Sequence record: PZ445432.1
Direction: 5' to 3' (one strand)
From: a phage
Length of the DNA stretch: 64,000 nt
Part shown: piece by piece, positions 1 to 9,633 of the stretch
How the letters are laid out: every line of letters starts with the position of its first letter
Numbering within the stretch: position 1 is the stretch's first letter
Position numbers and translations under genes: made by a program
Notes under the pieces: model-generated
Databases searched by the model: none
Seen by the model: only the letters and a program-made list of their open reading frames with translations
What the model was told of the DNA's origin: nothing

Positions 1-215
1 ATTACTAAACGTGGTATCCATACTGGAACATATTGTATGTCCAAACTAGGATCGTTTGTAAACTTGTATTCGGCATAATTTCGTAGACTTAAAATTCCTA
101 GATATTCTGCCAGTTGTCTATTAGACAATTTATTTGGATTATCAACTATTGTTGATTCGTTCAAAATGAATGAGGAACCGACCAATAATTGGTGAGCATC
201 AGGCTCTGTAAGCAT
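1..215 (-). CDS. hypothetical protein, N-terminal part only (gene runs off window start)
   Basis: Minus-strand ATG at 215 opens a frame with no stop before position 1; preceded by a promoter-leader cassette at about 300-345. Start codon uncertain. Confidence 0.3.
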   Translation of the reverse strand, partial: MLTEPDAHQLLVGSSFILNESTIVDNPNKLSNRQLAEYLGILSLRNYAEYKFTNDPSLDIQYVPVWIPRLV

Positions 216-303
216 TCTTTTGAATAGCTTAATAATTAGGTCGGAATTTCCTCTAGCTAGTAAGTATAGCTTTTCATAATCGAAGAATTTAATTTTTGTT
301 TTC

Positions 304-333
304 TCCTCGAATTTATGTATATATTATACTAGA
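304..333 (-). promoter_or_regulatory. sigma70-like early promoter (approximate)
   Basis: Reverse complement reads TTGCTA-like -35, about 17 nt spacer, TATAAT, then the ATAAATTCGAGGAG leader shared by other cassettes in the window. Confidence 0.4.
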
Positions 334-435
334 TTTCGAGAGAATTTAGCAACTAAAATTTTTATTTTTCTGCTTCGGACTTTCTTATCAATCCGAAACT
401 TTCTCTCTCAAATTTATGTGTATATTATACATCAT

Positions 436-1788
436 TTATAAGCTGTTGCCAAATGCAATTTTAGCTAATTGAACTGCTTTCTCCGGAGTCATAGTAATAG
501 TTTTCCACCCGTTGTTACGATATACTGCCATACGTCCAGAAGCCTGTCTTAGTCCAGTGCCACCTTTCATAATTAGATCTACAACAATAGGGTCGAGTTT
601 ACCATCGACAATACGTTGAACACGACCTGCAAGCTGTTCAATGAGAGATTCATTATTAATAAGACTCCCAGTTATTAAACAAGACAGCTCGTTAAGTGAA
701 ATACCTTCAGAGAAGATGCTTTGAGCTGCTGCAAGCACACACGGCCCGCCTTTTGCTATATCTTCCTGAATTTTTAATCGGTCATCTAAGTGGGTTGCTC
801 CTATAATTTCATATGTTGTAACACCACGCTGTGTAAGAGCTTCTAGTACTATTTGGATTAACTCTGTTCTATCACTTACAATGAGTACTTTATGCCCCAT
901 ATTCACATATAAATGCGCTAGGTTTATAATAGTCTCTCGATATTCGGGGTGATTATACACATCGTTAGCACGTAATGCCCACGGTACGTTTTGATTTCCT
1001 GATAGCTCAACAGGCACGGAGTACCTATGAATTGTAGGTGCAACAGTATTATTAACAGGCGGGCTAAAGATCTTATATCCAAAGAAATCTTTGAACATAA
1101 CTTGTAGACCATCTTTACGTTTTAATGTTCCAGATAGTCCAATTTTATAGCGCGCACAGGATATTTCTAGGAAATTAGTGAAAGTTGTAGCCACACAATG
1201 GTGAACTTCATCAACTATAACAGTGCCGAATACTTTAGAAAGATTATTCGCATGTTTATTCACTGTTTGAATATTACTAACTACAATTGGTGGATCAATA
1301 TTGTATTTCCCAGAACCTATGATGCCCGGTTCAAACCCAAACCATTTACGAACTTCTGCCGCCCACATCTCACGAATAGATGTGTTAGTACAAATTACCA
1401 GGGTTTTCTGGCCAAATTTATACGCAAGTGCGAGGGCTAGGATAGTTTTGCCAAATCCAGGCTTACCATTAATAATACAGGTATCATCACACTCTTCATA
1501 TATTGGGAGCTGGTCTTCTTCACGCAGCTTGAACTTAGGTTTTGGTATATCTACCGGAGCTAATGTGCGTTTATCGACTAATTCGTATTTTATTCCTTTA
1601 GCATCTAATAAGTCCAGACGCGTAATAGGAATCCACTTAATCTCTTTGGCAACAACACCACTATTCTTATACATAATAGGGTATTTACTGGTCATTGTCT
1701 CTATGTGATAAGTGGTTTGCTTACTACAATAATCCCAAAGTTCATCATCGGGCTTGAAATAGGCTTTATTAGATATAACAACCTTCAT
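436..1788 (-). CDS. SF2 DExH-box ATP-dependent DNA helicase (T5 D10-like)
   Basis: Walker A GKPGFGKT and DEVHH box in a 450-aa ORF, sitting directly downstream (as transcribed) of the DNA polymerase. Confidence 0.75.
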   Translation of the reverse strand: MKVVISNKAYFKPDDELWDYCSKQTTYHIETMTSKYPIMYKNSGVVAKEIKWIPITRLDLLDAKGIKYELVDKRTLAPVDIPKPKFKLREEDQLPIYEECDDTCIINGKPGFGKTILALALAYKFGQKTLVICTNTSIREMWAAEVRKWFGFEPGIIGSGKYNIDPPIVVSNIQTVNKHANNLSKVFGTVIVDEVHHCVATTFTNFLEISCARYKIGLSGTLKRKDGLQVMFKDFFGYKIFSPPVNNTVAPTIHRYSVPVELSGNQNVPWALRANDVYNHPEYRETIINLAHLYVNMGHKVLIVSDRTELIQIVLEALTQRGVTTYEIIGATHLDDRLKIQEDIAKGGPCVLAAAQSIFSEGISLNELSCLITGSLINNESLIEQLAGRVQRIVDGKLDPIVVDLIMKGGTGLRQASGRMAVYRNNGWKTITMTPEKAVQLAKIAFGNSL

Positions 1789-2282
1789 AATTTTATTCTA
1801 AGTCTAGGAATTTCAGGCTCCTCTTGATGGACTTGATAAATAACAGGGCTATTATTTACCAGAATATAGCTTATATAAGCTGGAACATAGGATAATACAA
1901 ATGGATAAGGGACTTTAGCCACATAGCATTGGTATTTTCCATTATAAATTCTAGCTGAATGCAAAACTTTAGAGGTGACAACATCATAAAACGTAGTTTT
2001 CTTCCAATTAATAAGATTTCCATCAGAATCTATAAACTGGTTACGCTTTGACCCAACTAATTGAGACAACATTGATATTCTACCCCTAATAGGATAGAGC
2101 TTGTATGGTAATTCTTTCCGTTTCTCAAATAGAATAAGCCTACGTTGAGAAAACGTGCCAGGCAACTTCCTGTTATCTAGCACATATTTATTATATCTTG
2201 TTGTAATTACGGAATAATCACCTTCTTGCTCAATTGATACAAACGCCCGTAACGCATAGACGGGCAATTTGAAATTAAGCAC
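1785..2282 (-). CDS. hypothetical protein
   Basis: 165-aa ORF whose start overlaps the polymerase stop and whose stop overlaps the helicase start; no recognisable motif. Confidence 0.5.
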   Translation of the reverse strand: MLNFKLPVYALRAFVSIEQEGDYSVITTRYNKYVLDNRKLPGTFSQRRLILFEKRKELPYKLYPIRGRISMLSQLVGSKRNQFIDSDGNLINWKKTTFYDVVTSKVLHSARIYNGKYQCYVAKVPYPFVLSYVPAYISYILVNNSPVIYQVHQEEPEIPRLRIKL

Positions 2283-4842
2283 CGAGAATCCTTTTCACGT
2301 TATCCAGATCTTTACATATAGCAATAAACTTATCGTCCTTGTACTTGCTATGATCTGGATGCTCTTTATCCATTGCAGCTAATTTCTTATACTCGAACTC
2401 TGCATCAAGTAATACACCCTTGACATAGCGAGTATATTCATCATCATCAATACAAGCGATTGATGGGTGCTGTTTCTTCATCTTACCACAAGAATAGTCA
2501 CGAGAACCTCCAGCTTCAGAATCTGAATCAATACCAATCGGACAGCCAGGAATACTGATACCACGGTCTTTCTGAATATTACGAATCAGGATTTCATTGT
2601 ATTGGTCGATTAAGTCTTCACGAACAATAGCAACTACGGAGTCATGAACCAGCATAACAATCTTCATCTCTTGCTCTAGGCCAAGAGAAATGATCTCATT
2701 ATCTGCATCTACAGCACCTAAAAGGAGACTATCAGAAGAAGCAGACTGAATGATTGCGTTAAATCCAGAACGAATTTCTTCCCCCTGAACGCCACGATCT
2801 TCAGAATGGATATTATGCAGACGACGTTTACGACCAAAGTGACTATAGATAAATCCATGATTCTTGATCTGATCGTGGCACTTATCGATCCAACGCTTAA
2901 GCTGTGGGAATTGACCAAAGTAAGTCTCAATGTACTCTTTAGCATCTGCAACAGTACACTCTACAAACGGTTCCCCAGTTTTAGCTGCTTGTTCGAGCAA
3001 TGCTTCGTTAACAGAATGTGCTACTTTAGCTGGGCCAGAACCATACAGAATACCAAAGGTGATTGCTTTAGCTGCTTGACGCAGAGCTGGGAATAACTTT
3101 TTAACATCACGAGGTTCGCATTGGAGCTTAAATACCATGTGTGCGATGTTAGAGTGGAAGTCAGGGTATTTATCAGGTTCATTTCTCATGTTGATAAATA
3201 CTTGTTGCATATTTCTATCACCAGATAGAGCAGCAGCATAATAAACTTCCGCAGTTGTTAAGTCCCACGCGATTACACGATACCCAGGAGGAGCTACTAC
3301 ACAACCCTTGATAATAGATTCATCACGAGGTAACTGTTGCAGGTTCAGTTTACCAGAAGAACTCAGACGACCAGAAGTGGTCATATGTTCATGGAAACCA
3401 GTACGAATGCACCCATCTGCATCAATACTCAGAAGAATCTTCTCAACATAAGTAGAGATTAGCTTAGTCAGCTTACGAATCTCTAGCAGAGTTTTAGCAA
3501 TTGGATGCTGCGTAGCCAGTTCATTCAGAGCTTCTGCATCCGTAGAATCTGCACCAGTATCTGTTAACTTACCAGTTGGAGTCAAACCAACATAATCGAA
3601 CAGAAGAACACGAAGTTGTTTAACAGAGTTCGGGTTAAATGCTTCATTCTGATCTTGTTCTAGCTGTTTAACTTCTGGATAAGTGTACAGTTTCTCACGG
3701 GCTTTATTCAGGTTATGGGTTAACTGATACTGAGCTTCTTTCAAACGATCAATAGAGATAGGTACGCCACGATCTTCGACACGTTGTAAGAATACGCAAC
3801 CAGGCATCAAAACATCGTAATACAGACTACAAAGTTTTTCATTCTTCTCAATCTTTGGTAAGAAGAAGTTGTGTAAACGTAGGGTAGCATCTGTATCTTT
3901 CGCAGCATATGGCCACATAATATCAAATGGAATTAAATCATAGGTGAAATCTTCTTTCTTGATTTTATGTGCTTTGCAGTAATCATCTTTGAACTTATCT
4001 AGTTCGAAGTCATAGTCACCCATATCGGTATACTTCATTGCTAGGGATTTCAAGCCATGAGTACCCCGACGTTCGTCTAGAACATAGTGCTGCAACATGG
4101 TATCATGGAGCCTGCGTTCTTTATGTGCTTTATCAAAAGTAAGCCCCAGATGGTACTTATAAAAGTGCATATCAAACTTTAAGTTGTGAAAAACAATAGT
4201 GTGGTTTTCACTATCTAGAATTTTCTGGAGATAATATACTGCAACCTCTGTGAGACAATCAGAATCGATATATACACCCTGATATTCTTGGTGAGATATA
4301 GAAACACCAAGCAGATAACCATCTCGACAGTATAGTGCTGAGGTTTCGGAGTCGAATGCGACGGGTCCGATAACCATATTATACACCATCTTGATATATT
4401 CTTCCGCCTCGTCAGGGTCAGTAATAGGACGGTAATCACCAGCTTTTGCAATCTTCTCACGACCATTGATAATATCGTGGATATTCTCTACTGTTGCATC
4501 AAAAACTGGTTTCATTTCAGGCTTAAAGTGTAACTGGGCTGGGCTGATACTCGCAATCCAGTTAGCATATCCATTATATTCTACACGTTTACCAGTATAG
4601 TCACCAATGCCTTTCTTACCTGCGAAATACAGGAAAGGTTCAGCACCTACTAGTATAACAAAATCATAATCATTCGGATCAAACGGGTTTTCTGGTGTTC
4701 CAATAGTAATGTGCTTTTTAAGCAAACGACCAGATAACTTCTCGTTACACATATGGAATACATCAACTTCCTCGCCGTATAGCTGGAAATGTTTATCGTA
4801 ACGAGTGTTACTTAGAGCTTTATCAACTACTGCGATTTTCAA
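2275..4842 (-). CDS. DNA polymerase, family A, with 3'-5' exonuclease domain
   Basis: 855-aa ORF with Pol A motif B (RQAAKAITFGILYGSG) and motif C (LVHDSVV); N-terminal exonuclease-like region. Confidence 0.95.
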   Translation of the reverse strand: MKIAVVDKALSNTRYDKHFQLYGEEVDVFHMCNEKLSGRLLKKHITIGTPENPFDPNDYDFVILVGAEPFLYFAGKKGIGDYTGKRVEYNGYANWIASISPAQLHFKPEMKPVFDATVENIHDIINGREKIAKAGDYRPITDPDEAEEYIKMVYNMVIGPVAFDSETSALYCRDGYLLGVSISHQEYQGVYIDSDCLTEVAVYYLQKILDSENHTIVFHNLKFDMHFYKYHLGLTFDKAHKERRLHDTMLQHYVLDERRGTHGLKSLAMKYTDMGDYDFELDKFKDDYCKAHKIKKEDFTYDLIPFDIMWPYAAKDTDATLRLHNFFLPKIEKNEKLCSLYYDVLMPGCVFLQRVEDRGVPISIDRLKEAQYQLTHNLNKAREKLYTYPEVKQLEQDQNEAFNPNSVKQLRVLLFDYVGLTPTGKLTDTGADSTDAEALNELATQHPIAKTLLEIRKLTKLISTYVEKILLSIDADGCIRTGFHEHMTTSGRLSSSGKLNLQQLPRDESIIKGCVVAPPGYRVIAWDLTTAEVYYAAALSGDRNMQQVFINMRNEPDKYPDFHSNIAHMVFKLQCEPRDVKKLFPALRQAAKAITFGILYGSGPAKVAHSVNEALLEQAAKTGEPFVECTVADAKEYIETYFGQFPQLKRWIDKCHDQIKNHGFIYSHFGRKRRLHNIHSEDRGVQGEEIRSGFNAIIQSASSDSLLLGAVDADNEIISLGLEQEMKIVMLVHDSVVAIVREDLIDQYNEILIRNIQKDRGISIPGCPIGIDSDSEAGGSRDYSCGKMKKQHPSIACIDDDEYTRYVKGVLLDAEFEYKKLAAMDKEHPDHSKYKDDKFIAICKDLDNVKRILGA

Positions 4843-4903
4843 ATTTAATCTCCTCTTGGTAAGTAAGTATAACTTCAGTGTTTCTTCTCTAACTTACCAA
4901 TAT

Positions 4904-4933
4904 ATTATACCAAATCTTTAAGCGATTCAGCAA
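4904..4933 (-). promoter_or_regulatory. sigma70-like promoter upstream of the DNA polymerase gene
   Basis: Reverse complement gives TTGCTG, 18 nt, TATAAT; lies inside the 3' end of the primase ORF. Confidence 0.45.
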
Positions 4934-5795
4934 CTAAAATTTCAATACGTTTTGCTAACATATCAATTTCATCTTTGTTTAAATCACCTGGATCCTTGCC
5001 TTCTGGCAGAAGAAAGTTAGCCACTACAGGTGTTAAACGCGTTTTTGTACGAATTAGCTTGGCCAATGCTTGTGCAGCTTTATTACCAGAAGCATCATTA
5101 TCTAGTAAGATAACAACAACTTTTACACCGGCAATAATATAAGGACTGAACTTATCTGCAATGTTATCCGAAGTAAACTGATGGGTACCAAAGCAGCAAG
5201 AAGCATAGTCTATACCATTATCCTCTAGGTTCAGCATATCAAAGATGCCTTCAACTAGAATAAGAACTGGAGTATTATATCGTACAGGAAAAATTGGCGG
5301 TGAAACTTGTTTTGGTTTTACTAAGTATTTAGGAGGGGCAGAACTGTTTATAGAACGACCCAAAAATAGGATATTGCGTCCAACAGCATCTGTGATTGGG
5401 AATACAATTCTGCCTTCCCAGCTCTCTTGGTGTTGGAAAGCAAAATATTTCTTCAAGGTCTTAGAACTGATACCTCGGAAATCACCTTCGAAAAGGCAGG
5501 CAGACTCAGGTATTGCAAGATTCATAGATCCATTTCTAATTTCTGAAATCTTTTTTCGTACCTGTGATAGTCTTGGGGACTGTCGGTACTGAGCCTCATT
5601 AAAATAATGGTAAATGCTCGGTATACCTTTACCGAAGCCACAACTCAAGCAGTGCATGACCCCTGACTCGGGGTCAATACGTAGACTTGGATGTTTATCA
5701 TCATGTTCAGGATTCAGGCAGCATATAAGAATATCCCCGCCTGTATCCTTGTACTCAATTCCTTTTAGATCAAGTAGTTCTGTTATTCTACTCAT
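4905..5795 (-). CDS. DNA primase (CHC2 zinc finger plus TOPRIM)
   Basis: CCLNPEHDDKHPSLRIDPESGVMHCLSCGFGKG zinc finger, then a TOPRIM-like acidic region (VEGIFD ... LLDNDASG). Confidence 0.85.
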   Translation of the reverse strand: MSRITELLDLKGIEYKDTGGDILICCLNPEHDDKHPSLRIDPESGVMHCLSCGFGKGIPSIYHYFNEAQYRQSPRLSQVRKKISEIRNGSMNLAIPESACLFEGDFRGISSKTLKKYFAFQHQESWEGRIVFPITDAVGRNILFLGRSINSSAPPKYLVKPKQVSPPIFPVRYNTPVLILVEGIFDMLNLEDNGIDYASCCFGTHQFTSDNIADKFSPYIIAGVKVVVILLDNDASGNKAAQALAKLIRTKTRLTPVVANFLLPEGKDPGDLNKDEIDMLAKRIEILVAESLKDLV

Positions 5796-7258
5796 ATATC
5801 GCTGGCCTGTTCACCTGTTGAATTTTCAGTTTTATCTTTCTTAGCACGTTTAGATTGAGCTGGCTTATCCTTTTCAATAGGGATAATGAACTCAGCTTCC
5901 ATTTGAGATATATCTTCCATTGCTAGGTTGGTAGTGTTATCCATCCGCAGAGTTTCCCAGTTCATCTTAGGCATAAACTTCACGCTACCAGAAGAACGGG
6001 TCTTAACGAAGTCAAACATAATAGCACCTTGACCATTATCAGCTTTTGCAGCATTAAGATTAGCAGCCATGTCTGCGGAATCAAGAATCCCCTTTGACAT
6101 ACGTGTTCTACCATCTTGATCGATCTGGTAAGGAGCTACGCCAGCCACGTTATGTTTCTGGCAGATAGATTTGAAAGACGAGCTAACAACCATCTGTTCT
6201 TTCCAGTCATACATATCAATGGTTTTAGAATCTGGAAGTCGGGTTTGGTTAATATAGTCAAGTAAAGCTACTGTAACCTTATCCCCATATCTAGCAACTA
6301 ATTTATTTAACTCTACGTCAACTGTTGTAATAGACAGCTCAGGGTCATAAACAATAATCATAGGAGTATGTAGCTCATATCCTTCTATTAGCTTACTTTC
6401 CATATCGTAGAAATCACTCATCTTAGCCATTGTGTACTGTTTAACGAAGTTATCGAAAAGCTCTTCACCACCATTAAACATTCTAGCTCTAGTTCTGGCT
6501 AATCTCAACAGAGCTGCACCTTCTAGAGTATTATTACGCATTGCTAATGCTGATACACCAGCTAACATGGCTAGATTACGTCTAAATACTTCATGTTCTT
6601 TCATCTCAATTGAGAAGTATGGAGCAATATCCCCATTCAAATATTGCTGAACCTGTATGTTTGAACAGATAATGGATTTACCAGTACCACGCCAACCACC
6701 AAGCAGTAACGTTTCTGTGCGAGCTAAACCAATTTGAGCGTCGAACTCATTACAAATACCAAGAGCGATTAAATTCAGTTTGGTATCTTCTTCTCTCTGG
6801 AAAATACGCATGTTATCTGCGTTGAATACTTTCCCAGTATTCGTTACTTTCTCTTCTAATTTTAAGTGAAGGGAGGCAACTCGGTTAAGAATTTCTCCCT
6901 GATCCAGCATTGTTAAATCTTGAAGCACGTCTGTTTCTAGAAGCTTCAGGAATAAATCCTGTGTATACTCGGCCTCTAGGACTTCAAGTGCCTGTTCCAT
7001 GCTAACTTCTGGAATTTGAGTGTTAGCTAAAACGACTAGAGCTTGAGAAAGGCGGGCGTTCCTATTAGCCTCAAGCATCAGTGCGTCAATGGACGGCATT
7101 GTGTTATATTTTTTATAATAATTCTGGACGGCTTGGTAAATTGAGGAGAAAGCGTCATTAAAATGATCTTTATGCAGTTTTGAGAATGTTTCCAATGCTA
7201 TTTGCTTCTGTTCGGAAGCTAGAAGCATCTTCAACACTACAGCTTGCACGTTAAACAT
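5792..7258 (-). CDS. DnaB-like replicative helicase / RecA-fold ATPase
   Basis: 488-aa ORF with Walker A GGWRGTGKS; translationally coupled to the primase ORF. Confidence 0.65.
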   Translation of the reverse strand: MFNVQAVVLKMLLASEQKQIALETFSKLHKDHFNDAFSSIYQAVQNYYKKYNTMPSIDALMLEANRNARLSQALVVLANTQIPEVSMEQALEVLEAEYTQDLFLKLLETDVLQDLTMLDQGEILNRVASLHLKLEEKVTNTGKVFNADNMRIFQREEDTKLNLIALGICNEFDAQIGLARTETLLLGGWRGTGKSIICSNIQVQQYLNGDIAPYFSIEMKEHEVFRRNLAMLAGVSALAMRNNTLEGAALLRLARTRARMFNGGEELFDNFVKQYTMAKMSDFYDMESKLIEGYELHTPMIIVYDPELSITTVDVELNKLVARYGDKVTVALLDYINQTRLPDSKTIDMYDWKEQMVVSSSFKSICQKHNVAGVAPYQIDQDGRTRMSKGILDSADMAANLNAAKADNGQGAIMFDFVKTRSSGSVKFMPKMNWETLRMDNTTNLAMEDISQMEAEFIIPIEKDKPAQSKRAKKDKTENSTGEQASDI

Positions 7259-7832
7259 TATTTAGCAACTCCTCTGTAAAGTTATCCGCTATATTCTGCG
7301 GTTTAACCCTCTCTATATCTAGAGCATCTAGGGCTGCGAAATCTCCGTACAAGGCTAAAAGCAGCTTATCTCTATACCACAGAGCTTCTCCTAGAGTTTT
7401 TAGGGTTTTTCTAAATACTTTGGAGTTTTTAGATATGGTTACTTTAAATGTGTTATTTTTTGTTACTTCTATGTTACGAATGCCTAGCTTGTTACCTATA
7501 AAGCTATTAGCGGAATTTTGAGAGGAAGTAACTTCACGTAAGTTATTCCAAGTATTATCAGTTTTAATTCTATTTTTATGATCAACCTTGTCAGGGATTT
7601 CTCCTTCCATATATAGAAAGGCCCACCTATGCGCTCCCATAGATTTTTGTATACCTGACTCTAAGGTTATCTTTATGTAAATATAGCCTGATGAATGCAT
7701 ATAGCCTGCAGGTTTGTTAGCGTGCTTAGCATTGAACGCAGGATTATTTTCTCTAGGTAGCCAGTAGAAATTTCCAGTATCAGGCTCATATCTTAATAAT
7801 GTTTTAAGATACTGCTGGGTAATCTCCCCCAT
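7251..7832 (-). CDS. HNH homing endonuclease
   Basis: VDHKNRIKTDNTWNNLREVTSSQNS HNH motif; one of four paralogs (also 26080, 33761, 54277). Confidence 0.8.
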   Translation of the reverse strand: MGEITQQYLKTLLRYEPDTGNFYWLPRENNPAFNAKHANKPAGYMHSSGYIYIKITLESGIQKSMGAHRWAFLYMEGEIPDKVDHKNRIKTDNTWNNLREVTSSQNSANSFIGNKLGIRNIEVTKNNTFKVTISKNSKVFRKTLKTLGEALWYRDKLLLALYGDFAALDALDIERVKPQNIADNFTEELLNNV

Positions 7833-7844
7833 TATGTAGCCTTC

Positions 7845-7878
7845 TAATATACAAGAAAGGAGAACCGAAGTTCTCCTT
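7845..7878 (-). terminator. rho-independent terminator (minus strand)
   Basis: GGAGAAC-CGAA-GTTCTCC hairpin followed by a T-run on the minus strand, downstream of the 7892-8659 ORF. Confidence 0.5.
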
Positions 7879-7891
7879 ATCTGCCTTCTAA

Positions 7892-8659
7892 TTATTCAGC
7901 AGCCGCAGCTTTTGCATCCAGTTTAGCACGCTTAGCGGCACCATCATAGTCCTTAGCAACCAGACCACGACGAGACAGCATAGATTTAACACCGCGCTCA
8001 GACTTACCAGTTTTCTCAGCGATCTCAGCAACAGTCATGTTAACCAGATCCAGACCTTCTAACAGATCTTCACGAGTTTTAGCACTTGAGGTTTCCTGTA
8101 CCGGCATAGCAGCGATACGACCTTCACGAAGCAGACTCAGAGCTTTACCACGGATCTGTTTGATATTACGACCGAAGTGAGCAGCGATAGCTTCAATAGT
8201 AGCCCCAGCAACAACCTGATTAACAAAGTCAGTTTCTTCATCCGGAGTGAAGGAACGAACAGCAGCAGTTTTTTCGGTTGGTTTAACAGAAGCGGTCATT
8301 TCCAGACTCAGGATCTTACCCTGTACCTGTTTAGCACCGAACTGACCACCAGCCACAGCAGCAGCGATTTCAGCATAAGTATACTGACCAGCATGAGCGT
8401 TCAGGAAATCAACCAGTTCAGCTTCCTGCTCAGGAGTCCACGGGGATTTCTGTACTTCGTTAGCTTTCTGTACTTCAAAACCTTCTTTACGCAGTTTAGA
8501 GCCAACAGAGCGAGCAGTAACATCTTTGCCAGTTTCAGCAGCCAGTTCAGCGGCGATAGCAGCTACTTGTTCTTGAGAGATTACATCAACACCCAGAGCA
8601 GTGGCTTTTGCTTTCAGAGACTCGGTTACACCTTCTACGTTCCAGTTCAGTTTAGACAT
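7892..8659 (-). CDS. putative abundant DNA-binding protein (T5 D5-like)
   Basis: 255-aa Ala/Lys/Glu-rich ORF with host-optimal codon bias; assignment is by position and composition only. Confidence 0.45.
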   Translation of the reverse strand: MSKLNWNVEGVTESLKAKATALGVDVISQEQVAAIAAELAAETGKDVTARSVGSKLRKEGFEVQKANEVQKSPWTPEQEAELVDFLNAHAGQYTYAEIAAAVAGGQFGAKQVQGKILSLEMTASVKPTEKTAAVRSFTPDEETDFVNQVVAGATIEAIAAHFGRNIKQIRGKALSLLREGRIAAMPVQETSSAKTREDLLEGLDLVNMTVAEIAEKTGKSERGVKSMLSRRGLVAKDYDGAAKRAKLDAKAAAAE

Positions 8660-9434
8660 TATTATTTTTCTCCAATAGTTCTTTAATCGACAGGATTTCT
8701 ATCCCATTCGTTTCGGCTTTCTTATAAGATGAGGAAGAACGCTTCGATTCATCCTCACAGATTAGGTATTTGACGTCTTTGGTAACGGATTTCTTAACCG
8801 TATATCCTAGACCTTCTAAATAGTTTGTTGCATCCGTTCTATTTGCAAAATCTTGCAAAGATCCGGTAATACATACCGCGATTCCATTTGGCTGGGCAGC
8901 TAATTCATCCGTAGTGATAATATTAGCTTTAGTGCCCTTAATACCAGTTGAGAATTTCCACGGTAGTTCGATAACATCCTTGCCTTGTGGGGAATTTAGC
9001 CAGGCTTTGTAATTTTCTCCAGCCTTGCCGTCAGCCTTCACATCATGGAAGCTAGTGCAATTTTGGGATAATTTCTTTGCTGCAACCTCTCCAATTAGAG
9101 GGATTCCTAAAGAACCGAGAACTGAACCAAAGTCAATGTCTCCGCGAACTTTAGTATTTAATTCGCTAGTTAACTTAGCGGCAACCTTGCTACCCACGGC
9201 TCTAACCAAATCTTCTTCGGTTAGGTAAAATAGTTCTGAAATCTTCGTCAGCTCCAGCTTCTCAATAGTTTTTGGGCCAAAGCCCTTTAACTTCATTTTT
9301 GAACAGAAGTTCTCAATTAACTTGCTTGATTGCGCTGGACAGTTGGACTTATTACGACAGAATAATTGTCCGTTGACAAGATCTAGCTTAGAACCACAAG
9401 AGGGACATTGTGTTGGAATTTCGATTTTCATCAA
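8652..9434 (-). CDS. ligB: NAD-dependent DNA ligase, C-terminal subunit (Zn finger, HhH, BRCT)
   Basis: CPSCGS ... C ... CPAQ zinc-finger pattern typical of LigA, HhH-like region, BRCT-like AVCITGSL. Confidence 0.8.
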   Translation of the reverse strand: MMKIEIPTQCPSCGSKLDLVNGQLFCRNKSNCPAQSSKLIENFCSKMKLKGFGPKTIEKLELTKISELFYLTEEDLVRAVGSKVAAKLTSELNTKVRGDIDFGSVLGSLGIPLIGEVAAKKLSQNCTSFHDVKADGKAGENYKAWLNSPQGKDVIELPWKFSTGIKGTKANIITTDELAAQPNGIAVCITGSLQDFANRTDATNYLEGLGYTVKKSVTKDVKYLICEDESKRSSSSYKKAETNGIEILSIKELLEKNNNV

Positions 9435-9461
9435 ATTTCTTCCTTATCAATTTATATAAAT

Positions 9462-9490
9462 ATTATAGCAAGTATTTAAGCATTTAGCAA
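9462..9490 (-). promoter_or_regulatory. sigma70-like promoter between the two ligase ORFs
   Basis: Reverse complement gives TTGCTA, 17 nt, TATAAT, followed by the leader cassette. Confidence 0.5.
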
Positions 9491-9633
9491 CTACAATTTT
9501 AATTAACTTTGCTTACCCTCGCCATAACTTTCTATCCCTCAACTGAATGATAATAGTATATACCTAAGCGGCGAAAATGTCAATAACCACTTTATAATTC
9601 CGATATGGTAGATGGGTAGCAAAGGGTTATGTA

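Noticed and set aside
2718-4466. Antisense and alternative-frame ORFs inside the DNA polymerase gene (2718-2951, 2806-3096, 4215-4466)
   Set aside because: Fully contained within a strongly supported 855-aa polymerase ORF; no start signals.
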